A DNA stretch of 64,000 nucleotides from the NCBI GenBank assembly GCA_964650255.1, contig CAZYQT010000005.1, positions 2,006 through 66,005 on the forward strand, written 5' to 3'. The notes below the pieces were generated by a model. That model saw nothing but the letters and a program-made list of their open reading frames with translations. It was not told the origin of the DNA and did no database searches. The translations under genes and the position numbers were made by a program. The stretch comes from an uncultured Candidatus Saccharibacteria bacterium. Its GTDB lineage: Bacteria > Patescibacteriota > Doudnabacteria > UBA920. Below are positions 50,093-58,745 of the stretch, piece after piece (position 1 is the stretch's first letter; each line of letters starts with the position of its first letter).

Positions 50093-51109
50093 TTATTTTT
50101 TGTTCACTACTGCTTCGCCTCGCTTGGCGTACAGTGCCTCACTTTCTTCAGCCAGTGCCTGCCAAATGTGTTGGTTGGCAATATACCATTCAATAGTTTG
50201 TTTTAGCCATTCTTCAAAGTTATGCAATGGCTCCCAACCGAGTTCGTTTTTTATTACACTCCAGTCAACGTCATACTTTTGATCATGTCCAGGCCGGTCA
50301 GTTACATATTCAATGCGACTCTCTGGCAAGTCCATTAGTTTTAAAATTAATTTGGCAACATCTTCATTTTTAATTCCTTCAGTCATCCCGCCAACAGTGT
50401 AAGTTCGGCCTGGCTCACCTTTCAATAGAATTAATTCAATTGCTCGGCAATGATCATTAACATGTAACCAATCACGAACTTGATTGCCTGGTGTATAAAC
50501 GCGAATGTTGTTGCCGTTCAGAAGGCGGGCGATAGAGCGCGGGATAAACTTTTCTGGATACATCCGCGGACCAAAGTTATTACTGGCATTACTGATGGTA
50601 ACCGGTAAGCCATAAGTTTTGTGGTAAGCTCTCACCATGTGATCACTTCCGGCTTTGCTGGCCGAATAGGGGCTATTGGGTTTGTAGGTTGTATCCGCGG
50701 TAAACTTCCAATCTTCTTCTAAAGGGATATGGCCGAAAACTTCATCAGTAGAAATATGGTGGAATCTTTTTATGCCCAGTTCGCGAGCCACTTCTAACAA
50801 CACATGAGTTCCTAATACGTTTGTGCGGGTAAAAAGAAATGGATCATGAATGCTTCGGTCGACATGGCTTTCTGCGGCGAAGTGTACTACGCAATCGCAG
50901 CCGGACATGGCTCGGCGAACAACGTCTGGATCTGTAATATCACCTTCAATAAAAGTGATGGAGTCGTTGTGTGGGTCAAGGTTAGCTCTGTTGCCAGCAT
51001 AAGTAAGTTTGTCTAAAACAACGATTTCGTCGTTGGGATAGTGTTTGCGCCAGTGATGCACAAAATTAGAGCCAATAAAGCCGGCACCGCCAGTAATCAG
51101 TAATTTCAT
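50093..51109 (-). CDS. rmlB: dTDP-glucose 4,6-dehydratase
   Basis: 'TGGAGFIGSNF', 'AAESHVDRSI', 'STDEV', 'YSASK', 'DRPGHD'. Confidence 0.96.
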   Translation of the reverse strand: MKLLITGGAGFIGSNFVHHWRKHYPNDEIVVLDKLTYAGNRANLDPHNDSITFIEGDITDPDVVRRAMSGCDCVVHFAAESHVDRSIHDPFLFTRTNVLGTHVLLEVARELGIKRFHHISTDEVFGHIPLEEDWKFTADTTYKPNSPYSASKAGSDHMVRAYHKTYGLPVTISNASNNFGPRMYPEKFIPRSIARLLNGNNIRVYTPGNQVRDWLHVNDHCRAIELILLKGEPGRTYTVGGMTEGIKNEDVAKLILKLMDLPESRIEYVTDRPGHDQKYDVDWSVIKNELGWEPLHNFEEWLKQTIEWYIANQHIWQALAEESEALYAKRGEAVVNKK

Positions 51110-51178
51110 TCCTGTATTTTAGCAAAAATTGGCTCCCATTGAAAATTAAAAATCTCATAGCATATTGAGCAGTATCGA

Positions 51179-51207
51179 TTGACAAAACCAAAAAATATCA
51201 TTATAAT
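51179..51207 (+). promoter_or_regulatory. Consensus sigma70 promoter of the sortase gene
   Basis: TTGACA-N17-TATAAT. Confidence 0.85.
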
Positions 51208-51244
51208 AACTGGTTATTAAAATTGTGATATACTTAAAACAGTT

Positions 51245-52678
51245 ATGGCTAATTCACCAGACAATCAAGACGATAAAAAACACATGGCTGCTAGCGATTC
51301 TATGCGTGAGTTTTTGAATATGGGGAGTAAGGAAGGCGAACTGTCACCGTCGATCGATCTTTCAGCCAATAGTGATTCGAAATCTGTAGAGGCGCAACAG
51401 ATTGGGGAGCTGCCACCAGACCTGCCGTTTTTAGATACTTTAGAAGAACCAGGAGAAGATTCAGAAGCTCCTTCGCAGACATCACCAAATACTCCGCCCA
51501 GCCCAGCTGGACCAGTGGAGCAAATTCTTGGGCCTGCTGCAGACAAAGGCAACGAAGGCTATGCTTTCGTTCTGTGGTTAGTAAAATCAATCGCTCCCTA
51601 CGTGGTAATTTTTGCGATCGGTTTAGGGTTGTACTTTTTCTATTTTAGCGACTTTTCATTTACTAGTGTTTTCAAAACCAACAGCATCACCCTAGAAAAG
51701 GTGACCAGCTCTTCCAATAAGGATTTGGAAAAACTGAAGAGTGACCAGAAAGAAGAATATTTAAAATGGATGTCGCAATTCTTTTTCGCGGTAAATGATG
51801 ATGCGATTATTTCTATGGATGCCGATGTTTCGGGGAATGGTTTGTCTAACTTTGAAAAGTATTTGTTGGATTTAAATCCAAAAGTTTACAGTACTCGCGG
51901 TACCAGTAAGCCCGATGGCGAGTTGGTAGCTGAAGGAATTAACCCTTGGACCGGTAAGCCTTTCACAGACAAGCAAAAAGAATTAGTTGATAAATACATT
52001 AGCAAAGAGTTAGTCAGCAACCGCATTACCGCGGCAGCGTTGAATCGTGGTGTAACTAAGTTTGCACAATATGTAAACGAAGACTCTCCTTATTACATAG
52101 ATCCGAACACGCTTAAGGAAACAGCGAACAATCCTGCCAATGAAACCCAGAACAATGAGATTGCTCATAACGCAGCTCAGCAGGCGAATTCACCTTCGGC
52201 AGGTAACATCAATCCCGGAAGCGATATTAATCAATCTATCCCAGGACACTTAGACATTCCGGCGAATAACATTTCCGTGCCTCTCATTTGGACTAAGGAT
52301 GTGAAAGATTTTGACAAAGATTTAAAGAATGGCGTGGTGCACTATCCAGGCACTGCTTTGCCTGGACAGTTGGGGACTAGTTATATTTCTGGTCACTCGA
52401 GCGGGTACCTTTGGGATAAGAGTGCATACAAAGAAGTCTTTGCTATTTTGGGAAATGTAACTGATGGTACTTCGTTTACTATCACGGCTACTTTAAATAA
52501 TGGCCAAAAGGTTCGCTATGACTATGTGGTTACTGGTCGAGGAGAGTTTGCTGCTAACGATCAGGCCCAGTTTGTGAATACTGCTGATTCCATGGTGGCT
52601 TTGTCTACTTGCTGGCCAGTGGGAACTACAGCGCGTCGTCTAGTTTTGTTCGCAAAATTAGTCCAAACTAGCCAATAA
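51245..52678 (+). CDS. Sortase with long N-terminal extension and Ca-binding-like repeats
   Basis: 'HYPGTALPG', 'ISGHSS', 'LSTCWP...ARR' (His/Cys/Arg triad); one TM; 'DADVSGNGLSNFEKY...NP' repeat-like motif. Confidence 0.88.
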   Translation: MANSPDNQDDKKHMAASDSMREFLNMGSKEGELSPSIDLSANSDSKSVEAQQIGELPPDLPFLDTLEEPGEDSEAPSQTSPNTPPSPAGPVEQILGPAADKGNEGYAFVLWLVKSIAPYVVIFAIGLGLYFFYFSDFSFTSVFKTNSITLEKVTSSSNKDLEKLKSDQKEEYLKWMSQFFFAVNDDAIISMDADVSGNGLSNFEKYLLDLNPKVYSTRGTSKPDGELVAEGINPWTGKPFTDKQKELVDKYISKELVSNRITAAALNRGVTKFAQYVNEDSPYYIDPNTLKETANNPANETQNNEIAHNAAQQANSPSAGNINPGSDINQSIPGHLDIPANNISVPLIWTKDVKDFDKDLKNGVVHYPGTALPGQLGTSYISGHSSGYLWDKSAYKEVFAILGNVTDGTSFTITATLNNGQKVRYDYVVTGRGEFAANDQAQFVNTADSMVALSTCWPVGTTARRLVLFAKLVQTSQ

Positions 52679-52692
52679 TACTCTAATAATAT

Positions 52693-52720
52693 AAAAAGCC
52701 TCATAAATATGAGGCTTTTT
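52693..52720 (+). terminator. Intrinsic terminator
   Basis: AAAAAGCCTCAT-AAAT-ATGAGGCTTTTT. Confidence 0.85.
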
Positions 52721-52724
52721 ATTG

Positions 52725-52822
52725 TTGCTTTATATGCTGTATAGGCATAAAATAATATGATTTCCTCTGTTTTGATAGGGAAATCATCAGCTATTGACAA
52801 GACATGGCTTTTGTGCTATACT
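52725..52822 (+). promoter_or_regulatory. Tandem sigma70 promoters with an inverted repeat between them
   Basis: TTGCTT-N17-TAAAAT (52725-52753), ATGATTTCC-N13-GGAAATCAT (52757-52787), TTGACA-N17-TATACT (52794-52822). Confidence 0.75.
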
Positions 52823-52827
52823 GTTTG

Positions 52828-53010
52828 GTCATAGTTGAGTTCAGTTATGACAGATAGATTATTGCTCATCACCTCGAAATATTTACTTAGTCGAGCGTTT
52901 GGTGAGCACTGATCTGTCTAACAAGCTTGTATAGTTGTTGGGCGGCACCGCAAGGTGGCAGCAGCGTGCTGCAACCGCTTTAACGCGGTGTAGAAATTTT
53001 GCACATACTA
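52828..53010 (+). ncRNA. Candidate multi-stem structured RNA or 5' leader
   Basis: Consecutive stems with G-U wobbles and a CACC-GCAA-GGTG GNRA hairpin, starting just after the -10 element. Confidence 0.55.
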
Positions 53011-53039
53011 TTTTCAAATCGGGGGTTTAATTAAAAATC

Positions 53040-53996
53040 ATGAAGTATATTTCACTTCTTTTCGTTGCGTTCATTTTCATTGCTTTCGCTGATGTTGCGA
53101 ATGCTCAAATCGTTAAAGACAAGCGTCGGGCGATAAGCCTTGGCACTTGCGTGGACATCGACCAGCTGCCTCAAGACGTTCAGGATCTCCTGGAGAATTC
53201 TGACCTTGATGAGTACGTTGATGAGTCGTCGCTCGACGGTATGGGGCCAAACAAGGTTCGTAATGCCGGCTGGGCAACAGTTGGTGTTTGGAATGAGAGA
53301 CCAGGCAATAAGCATCATAAAACGCAGTTTTGTTTTTCTGTTCTCGACGGCGATGCCGACGTTTGGACTCTGAACGGCGACAGGAATCCACAAGTTGGTT
53401 ATCTTGATAAATGTCTTAAAGACGGTAAACGAACTTTCAAAAATCGCATCCTCGTTCCACCCTCAAAGGTGGTAACAAAGGAAAAGATCGAGTTTAAGGA
53501 TAAGATCGTGTATAAGGACAAACTTGTCGAGAAGGATTGCCCGGAATGCCCGGATGATACTAAACTTGTCGAGGTCACAACTGGCAAGGAACGCTTAACT
53601 GGTGGGCTTAAGGGCACTGCTGTTTCGGCAGGAATTGCTTGCACAATCTCGGGGATTATAAATAAGTCCCTTAGGGACTGCGCAATTGATGCAGCTATAT
53701 CGGCAGGTGGTAATCGTGTTGCTCAGGCCGTTAATCCTTCACCCAATGCTGTCCGCGCTTATTGCGATGGAGAGAATAAGGTTTTCAAAAGAGGGAATGG
53801 CGGTAAGGTAGGCGGTTGTCAGCTGGAATGGGAAGGCAATACAGCCGTGTTGAAATTTGATGGCAAAGAGTGCAAATCACGCACCCTCGGCCACAATCTT
53901 AATACAACTGTTTTCGCGATTGAACGAAACAACGGACCATCCTCAACTCGGAAAACAATCAATACCCAGACACGTCGAGTTCGTGTTGTTAGGTAG
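53040..53996 (+). CDS. Orphan secreted Cys-rich protein
   Basis: Signal peptide ending ANA|Q, about 10 Cys including CPECP, small-residue hydrophobic segment, Arg-rich tail. Confidence 0.75.
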   Translation: MKYISLLFVAFIFIAFADVANAQIVKDKRRAISLGTCVDIDQLPQDVQDLLENSDLDEYVDESSLDGMGPNKVRNAGWATVGVWNERPGNKHHKTQFCFSVLDGDADVWTLNGDRNPQVGYLDKCLKDGKRTFKNRILVPPSKVVTKEKIEFKDKIVYKDKLVEKDCPECPDDTKLVEVTTGKERLTGGLKGTAVSAGIACTISGIINKSLRDCAIDAAISAGGNRVAQAVNPSPNAVRAYCDGENKVFKRGNGGKVGGCQLEWEGNTAVLKFDGKECKSRTLGHNLNTTVFAIERNNGPSSTRKTINTQTRRVRVVR

Positions 53997-54024
53997 CCGA
54001 TCCTGTACTTCATGAACCCTTAGC

Positions 54025-54060
54025 AAAAGCGGGCAATCTTCAATGATTGCCTGCTTTTTT
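54025..54060 (+). terminator. Intrinsic terminator
   Basis: AAAAGCGGGCAATC-N6-GATTGCCTGCTTTTTT. Confidence 0.85.
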
Positions 54061-54123
54061 CATACCCATTTTTATCTATCAACCAGAATTTGCTATACTA
54101 ATGGCAAGTAAAACTCTAAAAAA

Positions 54124-54861
54124 ATGAAAAAATTATCTGTGGTAATTCCGGCCTACAATGAGGAAAAACGGATTACCGCCACCCTTAAGAGCGTTGATCA
54201 TTATCTCGAAAAGCAAAAGTACGACTATGAGATAATCGTTATCGACAATAATAGTAAGGATCGTACCAGCGAAGTCGTTAAAAAGTTAGAAGCAACTACT
54301 GTGCAAAAGTCTTCGGTGGTCTTGGTAAAAAATCCCGGCAAGGGCGCAGCGGTAAAAGCTGGCCTCCTGGAATCTGCCAAGGGCGACATTGTTATGTTTA
54401 TGGACGCAGATAATGCTACCCCAATTTCGGAAATCGAAAAGTTTTTGCCTTACTTCGATCAAGGCTACGACGTAGTAATTGGATCACGCTATACGAACCC
54501 GGATTTGGTTAAAGTTCACCAGCCCCTCTATAGAATTATTTTGTCTCGTATGAGTAACTTACTGATTCAGTTTTTGGCCGTACCAGGGATTAAAGATACC
54601 CAGCTTGGCTTTAAAGCTTTCACAGCAAAAGCAGCAAAAGATATTTTCCCTTTTGTGACTGTGCCTCGGTGGGGTTTTGATATGGAAGTACTTACTGTTG
54701 CCAATGCTCGTGGCTACAAAATTAAAGAAGTCGGTGTGTCTTGGACAGAGCATGGCGGCGGGCACGTGCCTTTAAAAGCTTATATTGAATCTCTTATAGA
54801 TTTATTAAAAATAAAAGTTCGTTCAATGTCGGGTCGTTACACTGCGAAACGACCAGCCTAA
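54124..54861 (+). CDS. Polyprenol-phosphate glycosyltransferase (DPM/ALG5-like GT2)
   Basis: 'VIPAYNEE', 'FMDAD', 'DTQLGFK', 'WGFDMEVL'. Confidence 0.88.
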   Translation: MKKLSVVIPAYNEEKRITATLKSVDHYLEKQKYDYEIIVIDNNSKDRTSEVVKKLEATTVQKSSVVLVKNPGKGAAVKAGLLESAKGDIVMFMDADNATPISEIEKFLPYFDQGYDVVIGSRYTNPDLVKVHQPLYRIILSRMSNLLIQFLAVPGIKDTQLGFKAFTAKAAKDIFPFVTVPRWGFDMEVLTVANARGYKIKEVGVSWTEHGGGHVPLKAYIESLIDLLKIKVRSMSGRYTAKRPA

Positions 54862-54876
54862 TCTATTCATCAACAA

Positions 54877-56760
54877 ATGTTAAAACTAAAACTAAAATTA
54901 TTGGTATGTGTTTTAACTGCCACTTCCATTGTCGGAAGTGGGTTTTTTGCTATGCCTGCCAAAGCTGCAGACAAACAAGTTGCAGCTGTACGCCATGATT
55001 TCGTAATCAAATTAAAATCATCCGACGCTCAAATCCTAAAAGCCTTACCAGGCATTACCAATATTCAGCCGGTATTCATTAATGCCCAAAGTGATATCCT
55101 TTCTAATACCTATACTTTTAGTTCAACATCTTCACTAGAAGTTCTGCGCCAAACCTTCGAAGGGTTGTACCAATATCTGGACGCCAACGATCCCATAACA
55201 GATTCTGCAATCAAAACTTCTGGCAAAGCCAAAAAGGTATTACCTAACGACCCATTTTTTACCCAGAATGCTGTTAATGTAGATAAGCAGTGGGGATTGG
55301 TAAAAGCAAATTTTATCACTGCCTGGGAAACGAGCCTGGGGAAGCGCAGCACTGTAGTAGCGGTGATTGATACGGGCATTGATGGTACGCACGAAGATTT
55401 CGAGCACACTAAGTTTGTTGGCGGGTACAACACTATCACCAAAAAAACTCTTGTTGCTGGTGGGAACTCAGACGATAACGGCCACGGTACACTAATAGCA
55501 GGAGTAATTGCCGCTTCGACAGATAACAAAACTGGTATTGCTGGTGCGGCCTCCGGTGTTTCTTTAATGGCGGTTAAAGCTTTAAATTCTAGTGGCAGCG
55601 GCAGTTCATCAAAAATTTCTGAAGCTATTGTTTGGGCCGCCGACCATAATGCCGATGTAATTAATCTTTCTTTGGGTGGTATTGGATTTGGTCACGATAC
55701 TGTGTTAGCAAGTGCCATCACTTATGCCTTTAATAAAAATGTTGTGATTGTTGCAGCGGCTGGCAATGATGTTGCTATTACTGGAGGGAACCTCGATAAA
55801 GATCCAGTGTTTCCGATTTGTGATGATAATGGTCAGAACATGGTGATTGGTGTAACTGCCACAGACAGCAATGACCTCAAGCCATCGTTTGCTAATTACG
55901 GAAAGGCTTGTGTAGATGTTTCCGCTCCAGGCAAGCGCATTTTGTCCACTGTTAACCATGATCCAACTACAGGCCGCGAAGCCCCCGATGCTTACGCTTA
56001 CGCCTCTGGTACATCACTAGCAGTGCCGTTTGTAAGTGCTCAGGCGGGATTGCTTCGTTCAGTATTTCCAAGGGCCACTAATCGACAGATTAGAGACCGT
56101 ATTATCGGCACTGCAGACAGTATCGATGCTCTTAATTTAAGCCAGTGTGGTGACCAGTCTTGCGCTGGTTATCTAGGCGGGGGTCGTATTAATGCTGCAA
56201 AGAGTTTAGAGGCAAAGTTTGCGGATCTTGCTGATGGTGATGTCATTCAGGTTAAAGGAACATCAGAATATTTCTATATTAATGGCGGTAAGAGACAGCC
56301 GATCAGCCCCTTTGTTAAAGGACAGCGATTTGCAAGTGCGAAAATAAAAATAGTTCCACTTTCAGAGTTAGAGGATTTTCCAGAGGGGTCATATGCAGAG
56401 CCGTTAGACGGTACACTGGTGAAGAGTCCAAATGAAGGCGCTGTCTATTATATGCAAGATGGTTTGCGCCGACCATTAACAGCGCAGGTTTTTTCTATGC
56501 GTGGATTTAAGTTTTCCGATATTGTTACTTTGACCAACGTTGAGGTTGGGTCGTGGATTGAAGGTAGTTTCTTAGCCCCTCCAGATGGAACGATCGTTCG
56601 AGGCAAAACCAACCCAACTATTTATTGGACAGTCAACGGAATCATTCATCCGATCAACTATGAATTTTTCGTCAACCGTGGATTGAACGCGCTGCCTATT
56701 ATTTATTTTCCAGATGGTGATGTTGCTAAATTTCCACATGGCGACCCATATGTTTTGTAA
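54877..56760 (+). CDS. Secreted S8 (subtilisin) protease with three C-terminal ~58 aa repeats
   Basis: 'AVIDTG', 'HGT', 'AAAGN', 'SGTSLAVP'. Confidence 0.92.
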   Translation: MLKLKLKLLVCVLTATSIVGSGFFAMPAKAADKQVAAVRHDFVIKLKSSDAQILKALPGITNIQPVFINAQSDILSNTYTFSSTSSLEVLRQTFEGLYQYLDANDPITDSAIKTSGKAKKVLPNDPFFTQNAVNVDKQWGLVKANFITAWETSLGKRSTVVAVIDTGIDGTHEDFEHTKFVGGYNTITKKTLVAGGNSDDNGHGTLIAGVIAASTDNKTGIAGAASGVSLMAVKALNSSGSGSSSKISEAIVWAADHNADVINLSLGGIGFGHDTVLASAITYAFNKNVVIVAAAGNDVAITGGNLDKDPVFPICDDNGQNMVIGVTATDSNDLKPSFANYGKACVDVSAPGKRILSTVNHDPTTGREAPDAYAYASGTSLAVPFVSAQAGLLRSVFPRATNRQIRDRIIGTADSIDALNLSQCGDQSCAGYLGGGRINAAKSLEAKFADLADGDVIQVKGTSEYFYINGGKRQPISPFVKGQRFASAKIKIVPLSELEDFPEGSYAEPLDGTLVKSPNEGAVYYMQDGLRRPLTAQVFSMRGFKFSDIVTLTNVEVGSWIEGSFLAPPDGTIVRGKTNPTIYWTVNGIIHPINYEFFVNRGLNALPIIYFPDGDVAKFPHGDPYVL

Positions 56761-56798
56761 TACATAGTGCAGTTGATTTTCACCTCGAAATCTTATAT

Positions 56799-56824
56799 TG
56801 TAATAACAGCAAAGTTTAGCCGTC
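56799..56824 (+). promoter_or_regulatory. ECF-type promoter TGTAAT-N16-CGTC
   Basis: Same spacing and -10 as the promoter at 4596-4621; 29 nt upstream of the ATG at 56854. Confidence 0.55.
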
Positions 56825-56853
56825 TAAAATAATAGGTTCGCAATTATTTACTT

Positions 56854-58740
56854 ATGAAGAAACACAAATCATTTTTAATTTACAGTTTAATTATCGGGGG
56901 TTTATTTTTTTCCTCCTTATCTAACCCCGCTGCAGTTTTAGCTGCTGAGCCAGTTCAGTCTGGATTCAACCCTAACAAACTTATTGATGATAAGGTTTTT
57001 TCCAATTCCAAAACTATGACTGCTTCTGATATTCAGAAGTTTCTAGATAGCAAAAACAGTGTTTTAGCAAACACCAGCGATTCATTTATATCCCAATTGA
57101 AGGAACCAGTTAGCAATCAAACTTTAAAGGAAACTTTGGAAGATCCAGGCGCATCATCAACCTCACCAAGGACTGCGGCGCAGTTAATTTTTGATGCTGC
57201 TAAATCTAGCGGCTTAAACCCGCAAGTTATTTTAGTCACTCTTAACAAAGAACAAAGTTTAATTACTGGGCGTCAGAATGCAACTCCAGAACAACTCCAG
57301 CGCGCCTTAGATTTTGCTATGGGTTTTGGCTGTCCAGACAGTCAACCTTGCGGCGACATCTATCGCGGTTTTTATTTTCAACTCTTTGGTGGAGTTGATG
57401 CAGAAAATAATCGTTACTTAGGTGCTGCAAAATCTTTGATGAAATCATTTGAAACCCCAGGCGGTCGTGGCCCTTGGTATAATGGTGCGACCTCAAAAGT
57501 TGGAGACACTATTACTTTGGGTAATACAGTTGGAAATTACGAAGGGGTTGAGGCAAATCAGACGGTCACTCTTTCAAACGCGGCCACTGCTGCGCTTTAC
57601 CGCTACACCCCACATGTTTTTAATGGGAATTATAATTTTTGGCGATTCTTTAAGCTGTGGTTTGGCGGTAAGTCCAGCGACTCAGGCAGTAGTGTGAACG
57701 GTTTGGTTAAAACCTCCTCGACTGGTGATGTGTATGTGGTGGAGAATAATACTCGGTACAAGGTTTTGCCATTCGTGGCCAAGGCCAACGATCTAAAAGT
57801 ATCCAAGGCAAAAAAAGTTAGCAAAAGCACGTTCAATAAATATTCTGATGGCGGCCTCTACCCAGTTCCAGATAATACTTTAATTAAAGTTGGCACTAAA
57901 TATTATTTGTTTTTAGCCAACCAGAAGCGACCAATTAGTGAAGAGAATATTAAGAGCCGTGGTTTAAAAATTGCTGATGCAATTGATGCTAACAGTTCTG
58001 ATGCTGATAAATACACAACCGGCGAACAAATTGCTATTACAGACGGCGCGGTTCTAAAGGGCACGTCCAGGCCAGATGTTTATTTGCTAACCAATGGCAA
58101 ACTCAAGCTATTTACATACGCTACTTTCCAGCAGTACGGAGCAGCAGCGAACATGCTCACTGTGGCCGACACTGTGATTGATGGTTATGCGAAAGATGGT
58201 TTAGTTTTGCCTAAGTCAGGGAGTTTGGTAAAGAGTTTTAACTCTGCAACTGTTTATTTTTACGAAGATGGTCAGAAAAAACCGATGGACGGAGAGATTT
58301 TCCGTAATCGCGGCTTTTCATTGAGCAATGTTTACGAACTCACTCAGGCGGAAATCGACGCCTTGCCGTTAGGACCATTCCCTTTGCCAGCCAACAATAC
58401 ATTTTTTGAGGACAAGAAAACCCATCAATTGTATTGGTACACCGATGGTAAGAAACGATCAATTTCGTCTTTTGTAGCCAAGCAAAAAAACATTACTCCA
58501 GATTTCAGTTTCGGTGAAGACACCATCAAAAATTTACCAGACGGAACTCCAGTGCTGCCAAAAGAAGGCACAGTGTTTAAGAGTGACAAAAAAGCAGACG
58601 TTTATATTATTAGTTCAAGTGTAGCTCGGCCTTTGTCTGCAGCTGCGTTTACAGCACGAGGTATTACTCCTGCTCAAGTTAATATTTTACCTCAGGCAGA
58701 AGTAGATAGCTATCCAAAAGGTTCGCTTTTGACACAATAA
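56854..58740 (+). CDS. Secreted protein with a putative lysozyme-like/wall hydrolase domain and six ~58 aa repeats
   Basis: Signal peptide; 'NPQVILVTLNKEQSL...AMGFGCPD...NAATAALYRYTPH'; C-terminal repeats shared with the S8 protease. Confidence 0.7.
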   Translation: MKKHKSFLIYSLIIGGLFFSSLSNPAAVLAAEPVQSGFNPNKLIDDKVFSNSKTMTASDIQKFLDSKNSVLANTSDSFISQLKEPVSNQTLKETLEDPGASSTSPRTAAQLIFDAAKSSGLNPQVILVTLNKEQSLITGRQNATPEQLQRALDFAMGFGCPDSQPCGDIYRGFYFQLFGGVDAENNRYLGAAKSLMKSFETPGGRGPWYNGATSKVGDTITLGNTVGNYEGVEANQTVTLSNAATAALYRYTPHVFNGNYNFWRFFKLWFGGKSSDSGSSVNGLVKTSSTGDVYVVENNTRYKVLPFVAKANDLKVSKAKKVSKSTFNKYSDGGLYPVPDNTLIKVGTKYYLFLANQKRPISEENIKSRGLKIADAIDANSSDADKYTTGEQIAITDGAVLKGTSRPDVYLLTNGKLKLFTYATFQQYGAAANMLTVADTVIDGYAKDGLVLPKSGSLVKSFNSATVYFYEDGQKKPMDGEIFRNRGFSLSNVYELTQAEIDALPLGPFPLPANNTFFEDKKTHQLYWYTDGKKRSISSFVAKQKNITPDFSFGEDTIKNLPDGTPVLPKEGTVFKSDKKADVYIISSSVARPLSAAAFTARGITPAQVNILPQAEVDSYPKGSLLTQ

Positions 58741-58745
58741 GCTGA

